A DNA stretch of 64,000 bases, from the NCBI GenBank assembly GCA_964499705.1, contig CAZCME010000024.1, forward strand, positions 1 through 64,000, written 5' to 3'. This stretch comes from an uncultured bacterium. GTDB lineage: Bacteria; UBA8481. Of this stretch, positions 1-8,875 are shown one piece after another (position 1 is the stretch's first letter; each line of letters starts with the position of its first letter). The notes under the pieces were generated by a model. It was not told where the DNA came from and searched no databases. It saw only the letters and a program-made list of their open reading frames with translations. Made by a program: the position numbers and the translations under genes.

Positions 1-1
1 A

Positions 2-118
2 TGGCAAGGCGCAACGACGACGGAACCCTTGCAGCAGCCGGGTGCCGAGGAGTTGCAACGCTGCCAGCCGCCGTTGCAGCCGGCCGAATACGGGAAGTTA
101 TTCTTTCGCGAGCCCTAA
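2..118 (+). CDS. Possible 3' end of a gene entering from the left (WQGATTTEPLQQ...YGKLFFREP*)
   Basis: Frame 2 is open from the window edge to TAA 116-118 and is followed by a GC hairpin; no recognisable motif. Confidence 0.3.
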   Translation, partial: WQGATTTEPLQQPGAEELQRCQPPLQPAEYGKLFFREP

Positions 119-120
119 AG

Positions 121-167
121 GCCCCGTCCTCCGAAGATCCATCATGTCTTCGATGGACCCCCGGGGC
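121..167. terminator. Imperfect GC-rich hairpin downstream of the 181-393 gene
   Basis: GCCCCG...CGAAGA-loop-TCTTCG...CGGGGC; no U-tract. Confidence 0.35.
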
Positions 168-180
168 GGGCCTGCCGACA

Positions 181-393
181 CTACTCCTTCGTCACGCCAT
201 AACCGATCGCGGCTCCGGCCGCTCCACCGATGACCGCTCCTTCCACCGCATGACCCGATCCGGCTCCAATCACCGCTCCGGCCGCCGTTCCGAGCCCGGC
301 TCCGATGGCCGTGTTGCGTTTCTGCGCCGACGAGCAAGCCGAGGTAATGACCAGCATGAGAATCGCTGTCGCACCAAGAATCTTCCTCCGCAT
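181..393 (-). CDS. Small glycine-zipper lipoprotein (OsmB/YMGG-like)
   Basis: MRRKILGATAILMLVITSAC lipobox; GxxxG repeats (GAGLGTAAGAVIG, GAVIGGAAGAAIG); GGAGGT upstream of ATG 393. Confidence 0.85.
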   Translation of the reverse strand: MRRKILGATAILMLVITSACSSAQKRNTAIGAGLGTAAGAVIGAGSGHAVEGAVIGGAAGAAIGYGVTKE

Positions 394-457
394 TCCAACC
401 ACCTCCCCCCACATCCTGGATCCCTTAATTGTATTTTCTCCACACGGATATTTTAAC

Positions 458-472
458 GCATAATGAGTGCCA
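458..472 (-). promoter_or_regulatory. Candidate sigma-54 (-24/-12) promoter for the glycine-zipper gene
   Basis: Minus strand reads TGGCACTCATTATGC, GG-N10-GC spacing. Confidence 0.5.
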
Positions 473-561
473 GCGTGAAAATGCAGGACCTGCAGCGCGG
501 CCCCGCCTCGATCGTGTGCCGAGTCAGAATGTCCGCGCAGAAACAGGGCAGGCCTTGCGGG

Positions 562-629
562 AAATCCTAAATCCGAAATTCATTCTGCGGAGTTTAAAGT
601 TGGGACTTGGGATTTGGGATTTGGGATTT
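562..629. repeat. Inverted pair of heptamer tracts (AAATCCN)n / (TTGGGAY)4
   Basis: AAATCCT AAATCCG AAATT at 562-580; TTGGGAC TTGGGAT TTGGGAT TTGGGAT TT at 600-629. Confidence 0.8.
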
Positions 630-657
630 CAAAGCTTTTCCGTGTAGTCTTTCCCGC

Positions 658-2154
658 ATGCGCCGCATCTTGCTCGGATTCCTGGTCTTCCTGTCTGCCT
701 GCGGGGCGGACACGGACTCCGATCCCCGGTACGTCCGGATCGCCATCTCGTCGAATCCGAAATCGCTCGATCCGGCCTTGACGACGGATGTCAACGGCGG
801 GGATATCGCGGCTAAGATCTTCAACGGCCTCGTGAAGTTCGACGGCGCGGGGATCGCGCCGGACCTGGCGGATACCTGGACCGTTTCGCCGGACGGCCTC
901 GAATACCGCTTCCACATCCGGGAGAGCGTCCGATTTCAAAATGGCCGGGAGCTGGTTCCGGAGGACGTCGTCCGGAGTTTCGACCGCCTGATGGACACGG
1001 CGACGCAATCGCAGAGGCGTTGGGTTTTCGACTCGGTGGACCGGTATTATGCGGAAGGCACGAACGTCGTCATCCGCCTGAAACGGCCCTGCGCACCCTT
1101 CCTGACGCTCCTGGCGATGCCATCCGGCTACATCGTTCCCGTGGAGGAATCCGCGAAACACGGGCAGGATTTCTCTCATCACGTCATCGGGACCGGCCCG
1201 TTCAAGCTGGTCCGCTGGGAGGATGACCGGTCCGTCGTGCTGGAACGCAACACCGATTACTTCGAAGGCGCTCCTGCCGTCCATGGAATCATCTACCGCA
1301 TCCTGACGGAACCGCTGACGCAGCTCGCGCTCCTCAAGAGCGGATCCCTCGACATCTGCGAAATACCCGACGCGCAGATGCCCGCGTTCCTGGCCGATGA
1401 AAACTGGCGCGACAGGATCCAGTCGGTCGATCAGATCGTCGTCGGATATGTCGCCATCAACACGGAACGGTACACGGATTCGAGGGTACGTGCGGCGTTC
1501 AACATGGCCGTGGACCGAGGCCGCATCATCGAGAAAGTCCGGAACGGCCTCGGCACGCCGGCTAACGGCCCGGTTCCGCCGGCCCTGGCCTCGCGCCGCG
1601 CGGTCGGGTATGAATACAATCCCGCGGCCGCCCGAAAACTTCTCGAGGAAGCCGGATTCGATTTTTCGCGCCGCTTGACGATCCTCCGGAATGCTCCCAG
1701 AGGCACGCTGGAGCCTGCCGAAGCAGTCGCCGGATACCTGAGGGATATCGGCGTGCGCGTGATCGTCGAGCCGATGGAATTTTCATCGCTCATCGCGCGC
1801 CTGAACCGGGCCGACTACGATCTCTGTCTCTGGAACTGGTTCGCGGATTATTCCGATCCGGAAAATTTCCTGCTGCCTCTCTTTCATTCCCGGAATGTCG
1901 GTTCTTCCGGAAACCGCTCCCGCATCGTCGACACCGGAATCGATGCTTCCATCGAACGGGTCATGTCGCTGGCGGCGGGACCGGAACGCGACAGCGCCGT
2001 CGAGGCCGCCGACCGGCTGATCGTCGCGCATGCGCCGTGGATTTTTCTCTGGTATCCGCGAACGGCGATGGCCGTCAGTCCCCGGGTTTCCGGGTATACT
2101 CTGCCGATGATCTACAACGGGTTCAAAGGCAACTCGCTCGTGCTGGCCCGCTAG
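658..2154 (+). CDS. ABC transporter substrate-binding lipoprotein, family 5 (DppA/OppA/NikA-like)
   Basis: LSAC lipobox; SLDPA, IFNGLV, PDLA..W..S.DGLEY.F, IGTGPFKL motifs. Confidence 0.92.
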   Translation: MRRILLGFLVFLSACGADTDSDPRYVRIAISSNPKSLDPALTTDVNGGDIAAKIFNGLVKFDGAGIAPDLADTWTVSPDGLEYRFHIRESVRFQNGRELVPEDVVRSFDRLMDTATQSQRRWVFDSVDRYYAEGTNVVIRLKRPCAPFLTLLAMPSGYIVPVEESAKHGQDFSHHVIGTGPFKLVRWEDDRSVVLERNTDYFEGAPAVHGIIYRILTEPLTQLALLKSGSLDICEIPDAQMPAFLADENWRDRIQSVDQIVVGYVAINTERYTDSRVRAAFNMAVDRGRIIEKVRNGLGTPANGPVPPALASRRAVGYEYNPAAARKLLEEAGFDFSRRLTILRNAPRGTLEPAEAVAGYLRDIGVRVIVEPMEFSSLIARLNRADYDLCLWNWFADYSDPENFLLPLFHSRNVGSSGNRSRIVDTGIDASIERVMSLAAGPERDSAVEAADRLIVAHAPWIFLWYPRTAMAVSPRVSGYTLPMIYNGFKGNSLVLAR

Positions 2155-3069
2155 ATGGTGCGCGTCGTGGCCGGCCGCATCGGCGGCATTCTCATTGTCC
2201 TCGTGGGCGTCACCTTCATCGTGCAACTCCTGATTCATCTCGTGCCCGGCGATCCCATCGATACGATCGCCGGGCAGAGCATTTCCGACAAGGATCGCGC
2301 TGTCCTGCGGCAGGAGCTCGGACTGGATGAAGGGCTCCTGAAGCAGTACATCCGATTCGTGAACCGGACGCTCCACTTCGACCTCGGTCGATCGTTCATC
2401 ACCAGGAAGCCCATCGCGGACTCGATCATCGAACTTTTCCCCCGCACGCTTTTCCTGGCGACCGCCGCGCTGGCCTTCGCGATCGCGACGGGGCTGACGG
2501 CGGGAGCGTTCACGGCCGCATTCCCTCGAACGAAGCTCGACAGGGGCGTCATGCTGCTTTCGGTCGCCGGCGTCTCCGCGCCGGTCTTCGTCACGGCGCT
2601 CGGGCTGCGGTACATCTTCGCCGAGAGACTTCCCCTGCTGCCGCCCGCCGGTTACGGCCCGGCGCTCTTCGTCATTCTTCCGGCCGTCACGCTCGGCTCG
2701 CGTTCCGCCGCCTATCTCGCACGCATCACCCGGACGACGCTGCTGGATGTGCTCTCCGAGGACTATATCCGCACGGCCCGCGCCAAAGGGCTCTCGCGCA
2801 TGCAGACGCTCCTCCGGCACGCGTTCAAGAACGCCGCGGGTCCGATCATCTCGACGATCGTCCTGGACTTCGCGATGTACCTGAACGGATCCGTCATCAC
2901 CGAGAGCATCTTCGCCTGGCCAGGCCTGGGACGCTTCGCCATAACCGCGATCATGCAGCGCGACCTGCCGAAGATCCAGGCGGTCCTTCTCGTCATGGCG
3001 GTCATCTACGTCATGGCCATCGCGACTTCCGATCTGTTGCGCGTGCGGATCGATCCGAGGCTTCGATGA
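2155..3069 (+). CDS. ABC transporter permease (DppB/OppB-like)
   Basis: PGDP, DLGRS, EDYIRTARAKGL EAA loop, ITESIFAWPGLG. Confidence 0.92.
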   Translation: MVRVVAGRIGGILIVLVGVTFIVQLLIHLVPGDPIDTIAGQSISDKDRAVLRQELGLDEGLLKQYIRFVNRTLHFDLGRSFITRKPIADSIIELFPRTLFLATAALAFAIATGLTAGAFTAAFPRTKLDRGVMLLSVAGVSAPVFVTALGLRYIFAERLPLLPPAGYGPALFVILPAVTLGSRSAAYLARITRTTLLDVLSEDYIRTARAKGLSRMQTLLRHAFKNAAGPIISTIVLDFAMYLNGSVITESIFAWPGLGRFAITAIMQRDLPKIQAVLLVMAVIYVMAIATSDLLRVRIDPRLR

Positions 3070-3923
3070 AACCCTTCGCCTCACCGCTCGACGCTTCCAT
3101 GCAACTTGCGCTCGCCCTCCTGGCCATCATCTTTCTCCTGGCGCTCTTTGCTCCTGTCCTCACCCCCTACCCTGCCTCCGGCGAAACCGCTCCGACCATG
3201 AGCGCCGCCCTGGAGATGCGCCATCTTCCTCCGTCCCTCGCACACCCGTTCGGAACGGACGAACTGGGGCGCGACGTCTTCGCCCGTTCGCTGTACGGCA
3301 CCCGCATTTCCCTGGCGGTCGGTCTCGCCGCGCGGCTCTCCGCCATCATCATCGGCGGGCTCGTCGGAGCGGCGGCCGGATACTACAGCGGCAGGGTGGA
3401 CGCCATTCTTTCGCGCATCATGGAGATTATGCTGGCGTTTCCATCGCTCCTGCTGGCGATCGCCATCGGCGTCGCGCTCGGCCCCGGCCTGAGAACGATC
3501 GTCATCGCCATCGTCTTCGTCTCCTGGGTCGACGTCGCGGTTCTCATTCGCGCGGTCGCTGCAAGCGTCGCGAAACGCGATTTCGTCGCGGCGGCACGGG
3601 CCATCGGCGACACCGACCTGCGCATCCTCTTTCGCCAGATTCTCCCTAACTGCGCCTCCGCGCTTATCGTCTCGTTCTCCTTCGGAATCGCCTCCTCGGT
3701 CATGTATGAAGCGAGCCTTTCGTTCCTGGGCCTCGGAGCGTCGGCGGGATCTCCTGATCTTCCGACATGGGGATGGATGATCTACACGGCGGAGTATCAC
3801 CTCGCGGCCGCGCCATGGGCCGCCTTCGGACCGTGCCTGCTGCTCGTCATGACCGTGCTGGGATGGAACCTGCTGGGCGATTGCCTGCGGGACTGGTTCG
3901 ACGTGAAAGCGGAGCTGACATGA
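3066..3923 (+). CDS. ABC transporter permease (DppC/OppC-like)
   Basis: HPFGTDELGRD, EASLSFLGLG, NLLGD.LRD; ATGA overlap. Confidence 0.92.
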   Translation: MKPFASPLDASMQLALALLAIIFLLALFAPVLTPYPASGETAPTMSAALEMRHLPPSLAHPFGTDELGRDVFARSLYGTRISLAVGLAARLSAIIIGGLVGAAAGYYSGRVDAILSRIMEIMLAFPSLLLAIAIGVALGPGLRTIVIAIVFVSWVDVAVLIRAVAASVAKRDFVAAARAIGDTDLRILFRQILPNCASALIVSFSFGIASSVMYEASLSFLGLGASAGSPDLPTWGWMIYTAEYHLAAAPWAAFGPCLLLVMTVLGWNLLGDCLRDWFDVKAELT

Positions 3924-4651
3924 GCGCGTTCCTCCTCGCGATCGCGCTCCTGGCGCAGTCATCCGAATCGGCGCCACCCTCTCCCCTCGTGGATACCGTA
4001 TCCGTTCCCGCGTCCGCGACGAGGCTGGCCGCGGAGATCGCCATCAAGAGCGCGGAGGAAGAACTGGCCGGCCTGTCAACGCGAAGTCCCCTGCTGGAAA
4101 AAGTTCTCGATCAGGCCAGGTCCGCTTTCAGCGAAGGGCGATACGACGATGCGATCGGATACGCCAGGCGCGCGCGTGTCTCCGCCGGCCGGCGAGGCCG
4201 CGAAGCCGCAAAGACGACGGCTCCCGCCTCCCCGGTGACCGCGATCATGTACGAAGCGATCGAGCGCCTGCTGGCCGCGGAGAATCACCGCATGAGCGAT
4301 GCCCGTGTCGTGACGGCGAGGGAACTCGTGACCGCGGCGGAAGCATCCCTGGCCGCGAATAACGTCACCCAGGCCGACCAGCTCTCCCGCCGCGCGATCA
4401 TGATTCTCTCCACGCTGCCTCTTGCCGATGTCCGCGCCGAGACGACCGTCCTTCTCATCGACCCGAATGAAGCCACGGCCCTGGAGCTTTTAAAAGTTCC
4501 GGGCATGACGACGGACATGACCCGAAATCTCATCTGGTTCCGCCGCCATATCGGACCGCTCCGGACGATCGAGGAGCTGCGCTACGTTCCGGGCTTCTCG
4601 CGTGAATACCTGCCGACCGCACGAGCGTATATGCGGATCCGCAATTCATGA
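3920..4651 (+). CDS. Secreted protein with a helical N-region and a C-terminal ComEA-like helix-hairpin-helix domain
   Basis: Signal peptide; IDPNEATALELLKVPGM...GPLRTIEELRYVPGF; ATGA overlap. Confidence 0.7.
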   Translation: MSAFLLAIALLAQSSESAPPSPLVDTVSVPASATRLAAEIAIKSAEEELAGLSTRSPLLEKVLDQARSAFSEGRYDDAIGYARRARVSAGRRGREAAKTTAPASPVTAIMYEAIERLLAAENHRMSDARVVTARELVTAAEASLAANNVTQADQLSRRAIMILSTLPLADVRAETTVLLIDPNEATALELLKVPGMTTDMTRNLIWFRRHIGPLRTIEELRYVPGFSREYLPTARAYMRIRNS

Positions 4652-4663
4652 CATAATCCGGCC

Positions 4664-5440
4664 ATGACCATGAAGAACACGATGGCGGTGCGCGTCATTC
4701 CCTGCCTGGACGTCGACCGGGGTCGCGTCGTCAAGGGCGTGAATTTCGTCTCGCTCGTCGATGCCGGGGATCCCGTCGAACAGGCTTCCGTCTACAACAA
4801 GGAAGGCGCCGATGAACTTGTCTTCCTCGACATCACCGCCTCCTCGGATGATCGTTCGACCGTCAGGGATGTCGTCCGGCGTACTGCTGAAACGGTCTTC
4901 ATCCCTCTGACGGTGGGAGGCGGAATCCGCACCGTCGACGATTTCCGCGCCACGCTCCGCGCCGGCGCGGACAAGGTCTCCGTCAACACGGCCGCGATCC
5001 AGGATCCGACTCTAATCAATCGAGCCGCCGACGCTTGCGGCGTTCAGTGCGTCGTTGTCGCGATCGACGCGCGCCGATCCGCGGCGCGCCCCTCCGGCTT
5101 CGGCGTCTTCACGCACGGAGGCCGTCGCGAGACGGACCTGGACGCCATCGCGTGGGCCGTCGAGGCCGAACAGCGCGGCGCCGGGGAGATTCTTCTCACA
5201 TCGATGGACACCGACGGAACGAGAAACGGCTTCGACCTCGAACTGCTGCGGGCCGTGACGAGCTCCGTCGCCATCCCCGTCATCGCGTCCGGAGGCGCGG
5301 GCGCACCGGAGCATTTCGCCGCGGCGATCGAGGCCGGCGCGTCCGCCGTGCTTGCGGCGTCCGTCTTCCATTTCCGGCAGTTCTCCATTCACGACGTCAA
5401 GGCGAGCATGTCGAGGGCCGGAATCCGGGTGAGAGGGTAA
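4664..5440 (+). CDS. hisF: Imidazole glycerol phosphate synthase cyclase subunit
   Basis: [53 protein letters not shown]. Confidence 0.97.
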   Translation: MTMKNTMAVRVIPCLDVDRGRVVKGVNFVSLVDAGDPVEQASVYNKEGADELVFLDITASSDDRSTVRDVVRRTAETVFIPLTVGGGIRTVDDFRATLRAGADKVSVNTAAIQDPTLINRAADACGVQCVVVAIDARRSAARPSGFGVFTHGGRRETDLDAIAWAVEAEQRGAGEILLTSMDTDGTRNGFDLELLRAVTSSVAIPVIASGGAGAPEHFAAAIEAGASAVLAASVFHFRQFSIHDVKASMSRAGIRVRG

Positions 5441-5525
5441 TCAACTCCCGATCCCGGCGACGCCGGAACCGGGGATTTGGATGTTGGGATCTCCGTTTTT
5501 CCTGTATCCTATGCGTAGTTTTGAA

Positions 5526-7289
5526 ATGGAAAGCAAACCACGGAAAACGAGATGCCGGTCATGGACACGCGCGGCAATTCTGGCCATGATGGGTTTCGTG
5601 TCCGTGGGTTTCTCAACGCCGCTCGTCACCCCGAGACGCGCGCTCTCCGCGTCGTTCGGGGAATATCGCCCGGGTCACCTCCATGCGGGAATCGACTTCG
5701 CCACCTTCTTCAAGACGGGTATTCCTGTCCGCGCCGTCGCCGCGGGCCACGTGTACCGGATACGATCCAGCACCACCGGATACGGAAATGTCGTATATAT
5801 CCGGCACGGCGACGGTCGACGCAGCGTGTATGCGCACCTCTCGGGATTTTCCACGCGCCTCGAAAAACTCCTCCCCCGCCGGCCGCACAACCTGGGAGGA
5901 GACGCGGCGGGCGAGGCCATGGAAGTCTATCCCACGCATCCCGGAGTGCGCGTGGACGAGAAGGAAGTCATCGGGCGGACCGGGGAATCAGGAGCAGGCC
6001 TTCCGCACTTTCATTTTGAATTTCGCGACAGCGAAGACAGGCCGGTCAACGCCGTGAAGGCCGGAGTCCTCTCGATGGACGACGTCATTCCGCCCTTTCT
6101 TTCCTCCATCATCATCGAGCCCGCCGATGAGAATTCCATGGTGATGGGCGGAGGCGCTCCCGTCATCCTCGACACCACGATTAAAAATCCCGTGATACAG
6201 GCGTTGGGCTCGCTGCGCATCCTCGTCAAGGGCCACGACGAAGACGGGCAGCTCGGAGGATTGCTCGGGCTGTCGGGAGCGAAGCTCTTCATCGACGGCA
6301 GGCTCTGGTCGGAAATATCCATGACCGACTTCACGTACGGACGCGACAAGGAGGTCGGGCTCGTGTACGACCTCTTCCGCACCGGCTTCGGCCCCACGAC
6401 CTACACCTACGACCTGACGGGGCCCGATGGCGCGGGAGAAGTAATCCGGGGACGCGGCATCATCCGGATGGATTCGCCGGCGCTCCGGATGCGGGTGGAG
6501 ATCACGGATCTCGCGGGAAACAGGTCGACCTTCTCCTGGCGATTCACGCGCTACGCTCCGACGCGTTCCGCGGCGCGCCTGGAGATGACCGGAGACGGGG
6601 AGTTCATATCGCGGGGCGGACTCGTCCTGAAGCGCGGATCGAGAACAATGCGCATCACCGCGGCGGGCTCGGGAAACGACGGAGCGGAACGATGGCGGGT
6701 GACGCAGGTGGGCCGCGAAAAAATCGTCAGCATTTCCGACGAAGCGCGCATCACCGAGCCTCCGGCCGGAAGCCGGCTGTATGCACTCGTGGGCGGAAGC
6801 CTTCCCCGCCATCCGGCGTCGGTCGGGCCCGCGATTCTCCTGGGCCCCTACGGATTGCCGCTCCAGGCCAGATCCGCGATCATCCTCGATAACGACGGGA
6901 GCGCCAACGGCATCGCCTGGTGGAAGAACGGATCATGGAGCTGGCTTGGCGGATCGAAAACGCCGGGCGGGATCACAGCGCTGATGCCCTTCCTGGCTCC
7001 TATCATGCCGGTGCGGGATACGGCTCCGCCGATCGTTCGCCTTGATTCGTCATCCGCATCCTTTACGCTCTCGATCATGGATGACTTCAGCGGAGTCGAC
7101 GGCTCATCGTTGCAGGTTGTGGACGCCACGGATCGAACGCTCCGGACCATCGAAGGCCGTTATGATCCCGATCGAAACTGGTTCCTGCCGGATACTCCTA
7201 TTCAACCCGGACGCCGCCTTCGCATATCTTCCTCGGACCGCGCCGGGAATTCCAACGTCTGCGAACTGACCTGGGCGGGGATGCCGTGA
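5526..7289 (+). CDS. M23 family metallopeptidase with C-terminal beta-rich domains (start uncertain, 5481-5586)
   Basis: FGEYR..HLHAGID (HxxxD), GYGN, YAHL, PHFHFEFR. Confidence 0.85.
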   Translation: MESKPRKTRCRSWTRAAILAMMGFVSVGFSTPLVTPRRALSASFGEYRPGHLHAGIDFATFFKTGIPVRAVAAGHVYRIRSSTTGYGNVVYIRHGDGRRSVYAHLSGFSTRLEKLLPRRPHNLGGDAAGEAMEVYPTHPGVRVDEKEVIGRTGESGAGLPHFHFEFRDSEDRPVNAVKAGVLSMDDVIPPFLSSIIIEPADENSMVMGGGAPVILDTTIKNPVIQALGSLRILVKGHDEDGQLGGLLGLSGAKLFIDGRLWSEISMTDFTYGRDKEVGLVYDLFRTGFGPTTYTYDLTGPDGAGEVIRGRGIIRMDSPALRMRVEITDLAGNRSTFSWRFTRYAPTRSAARLEMTGDGEFISRGGLVLKRGSRTMRITAAGSGNDGAERWRVTQVGREKIVSISDEARITEPPAGSRLYALVGGSLPRHPASVGPAILLGPYGLPLQARSAIILDNDGSANGIAWWKNGSWSWLGGSKTPGGITALMPFLAPIMPVRDTAPPIVRLDSSSASFTLSIMDDFSGVDGSSLQVVDATDRTLRTIEGRYDPDRNWFLPDTPIQPGRRLRISSSDRAGNSNVCELTWAGMP

Positions 7290-8875
7290 GAATCTTTTTC
7301 CATTCGGCTGCGACTCTCATACTCCTGGTTTCATCGCTGGTGGCGGCCCAGAACACGGATCCGTCTCTCACGAGCAACACGATCACATCGATCTTCCTCG
7401 CTTCGGACGGGACGCTCTTCGGCACATCGCGCGGCCTCTACGCCCGGCGCGACACGGGCCCGGCCAGCATGATCGCGGACGGAACGGGCGCGATGTTCGA
7501 CCGGTTCATCACGAGCATGGCCGCAGGACCGGGAGGAAGAATTCTCGTCGGCACCGCCACCGGGCTCTGCATATTCGACAACGGCCGCGTGCATTCGATA
7601 CCGTCCCTGCCCTCGTGGCCGGAAGCCATGGTCATGGCCGTTGCCACGGCCGAGAGCAGGTCCTATATCGGCGGCGGCTTTGGGCTTGCGGAAGTTCGAT
7701 CCAAGGGAGCGACTCCCTCCGCCGTGACGCTGACTCCCGTGGCATTGCCGTCCGGACCTGCCACGGTTTCCGCCATGGCCGCTCGAGGGCCCGATCTGCT
7801 CGTGGCGCTCGATCGGGAACTCTACCTATACCGCACAACAGGACAGGAATGGGTCCGAATTTCCGTAGGCACTTCCTATTCCGCGCTTCTTCTCCTTCCC
7901 AAGCAGAAATGGGTCGGCCTGCGGATGGATGGAGGCATTGACGCCGGGGACGTGTCCGTCCCGAGCAGTTTCACGAGCTTCACGCTCCCCATCGCCTACG
8001 ACGCGGTCGCGTCCATCGCTGTGGTCGAGCGACCTGCCGCCGAGCCCTTCCTGCTCGCCGGAACGGTGCAGGGTCGGATTCTCGGGGGTCCGGTTTCTCT
8101 GGATGAAATCCCGCGCGCCGAGGTGCGTGTGCTCCGCAGCGCTCAGACGATCACTCATCCTATCCGCGCGATCGCCTCACGGGATGCTCGCATGGTCATC
8201 GCGGGCCTGGATAAGGGAGGCATACTCGATGTGGCGCTCTTCGATGAAAACGCGCCCGCGGAAACCCTGACTGTCTCCCCTGATGAACCGGTCCAGCCCG
8301 TCACGGCGAACGAGGACAACCAGGAAATAGTTTCCACGAAAAAAAGCTGGCGGGACTATCTCTCCCAGTTGAAACAATCCACGTCGTTGCGAACGGTCGT
8401 CATTGGATTTTCGGCGACAGCGGCCCTGATATTTCTCTCATGGCGCCTGGCTCAGCTGATGGCAACCCGCAAGGATATCCGGATCAAGGAACGAAGACGC
8501 GAGCCGACCGGCAAATCCGAAATTCCGGAACTCGACGAATTATCGGGCGACCTGGCCGATAAGGCCCGAACCATGAAGGCGGTCACCGACAGGATCAATG
8601 AGCTTTCACGCGACGCCGCCAAGGGGCGAGCCGCCGAAATCGCGGGGCAGATGGCGGAGGTGCGCAAGACGTTCGATGAGCTCGATGCGTGGATGCGGGA
8701 TCGGCTCGCCACGATCCGCGACGAGCGCGAGGAGAAGCTCGCCCGCCTCAACCAAATGCGGAAAACCGACGCTGTTTCGTCACCCGAAATCGAAGCGGAG
8801 CTTGCCGGGATCGAAAGATGGCTGGCTTCGTCCAGCGTTGATGAGCAGTATCTGAAGTATGTCCTGGAGGAATAA
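7286..8875 (+). CDS. Secreted beta-propeller-like domain, single TM helix, cytoplasmic coiled coil
   Basis: Signal peptide; SNTITSI...LFGTSRGL and ILVGTATGL propeller-type repeats; TM VVIGFSATAALIFLSW; charged heptad-rich tail. Confidence 0.6.
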   Translation: MRIFFHSAATLILLVSSLVAAQNTDPSLTSNTITSIFLASDGTLFGTSRGLYARRDTGPASMIADGTGAMFDRFITSMAAGPGGRILVGTATGLCIFDNGRVHSIPSLPSWPEAMVMAVATAESRSYIGGGFGLAEVRSKGATPSAVTLTPVALPSGPATVSAMAARGPDLLVALDRELYLYRTTGQEWVRISVGTSYSALLLLPKQKWVGLRMDGGIDAGDVSVPSSFTSFTLPIAYDAVASIAVVERPAAEPFLLAGTVQGRILGGPVSLDEIPRAEVRVLRSAQTITHPIRAIASRDARMVIAGLDKGGILDVALFDENAPAETLTVSPDEPVQPVTANEDNQEIVSTKKSWRDYLSQLKQSTSLRTVVIGFSATAALIFLSWRLAQLMATRKDIRIKERRREPTGKSEIPELDELSGDLADKARTMKAVTDRINELSRDAAKGRAAEIAGQMAEVRKTFDELDAWMRDRLATIRDEREEKLARLNQMRKTDAVSSPEIEAELAGIERWLASSSVDEQYLKYVLEE

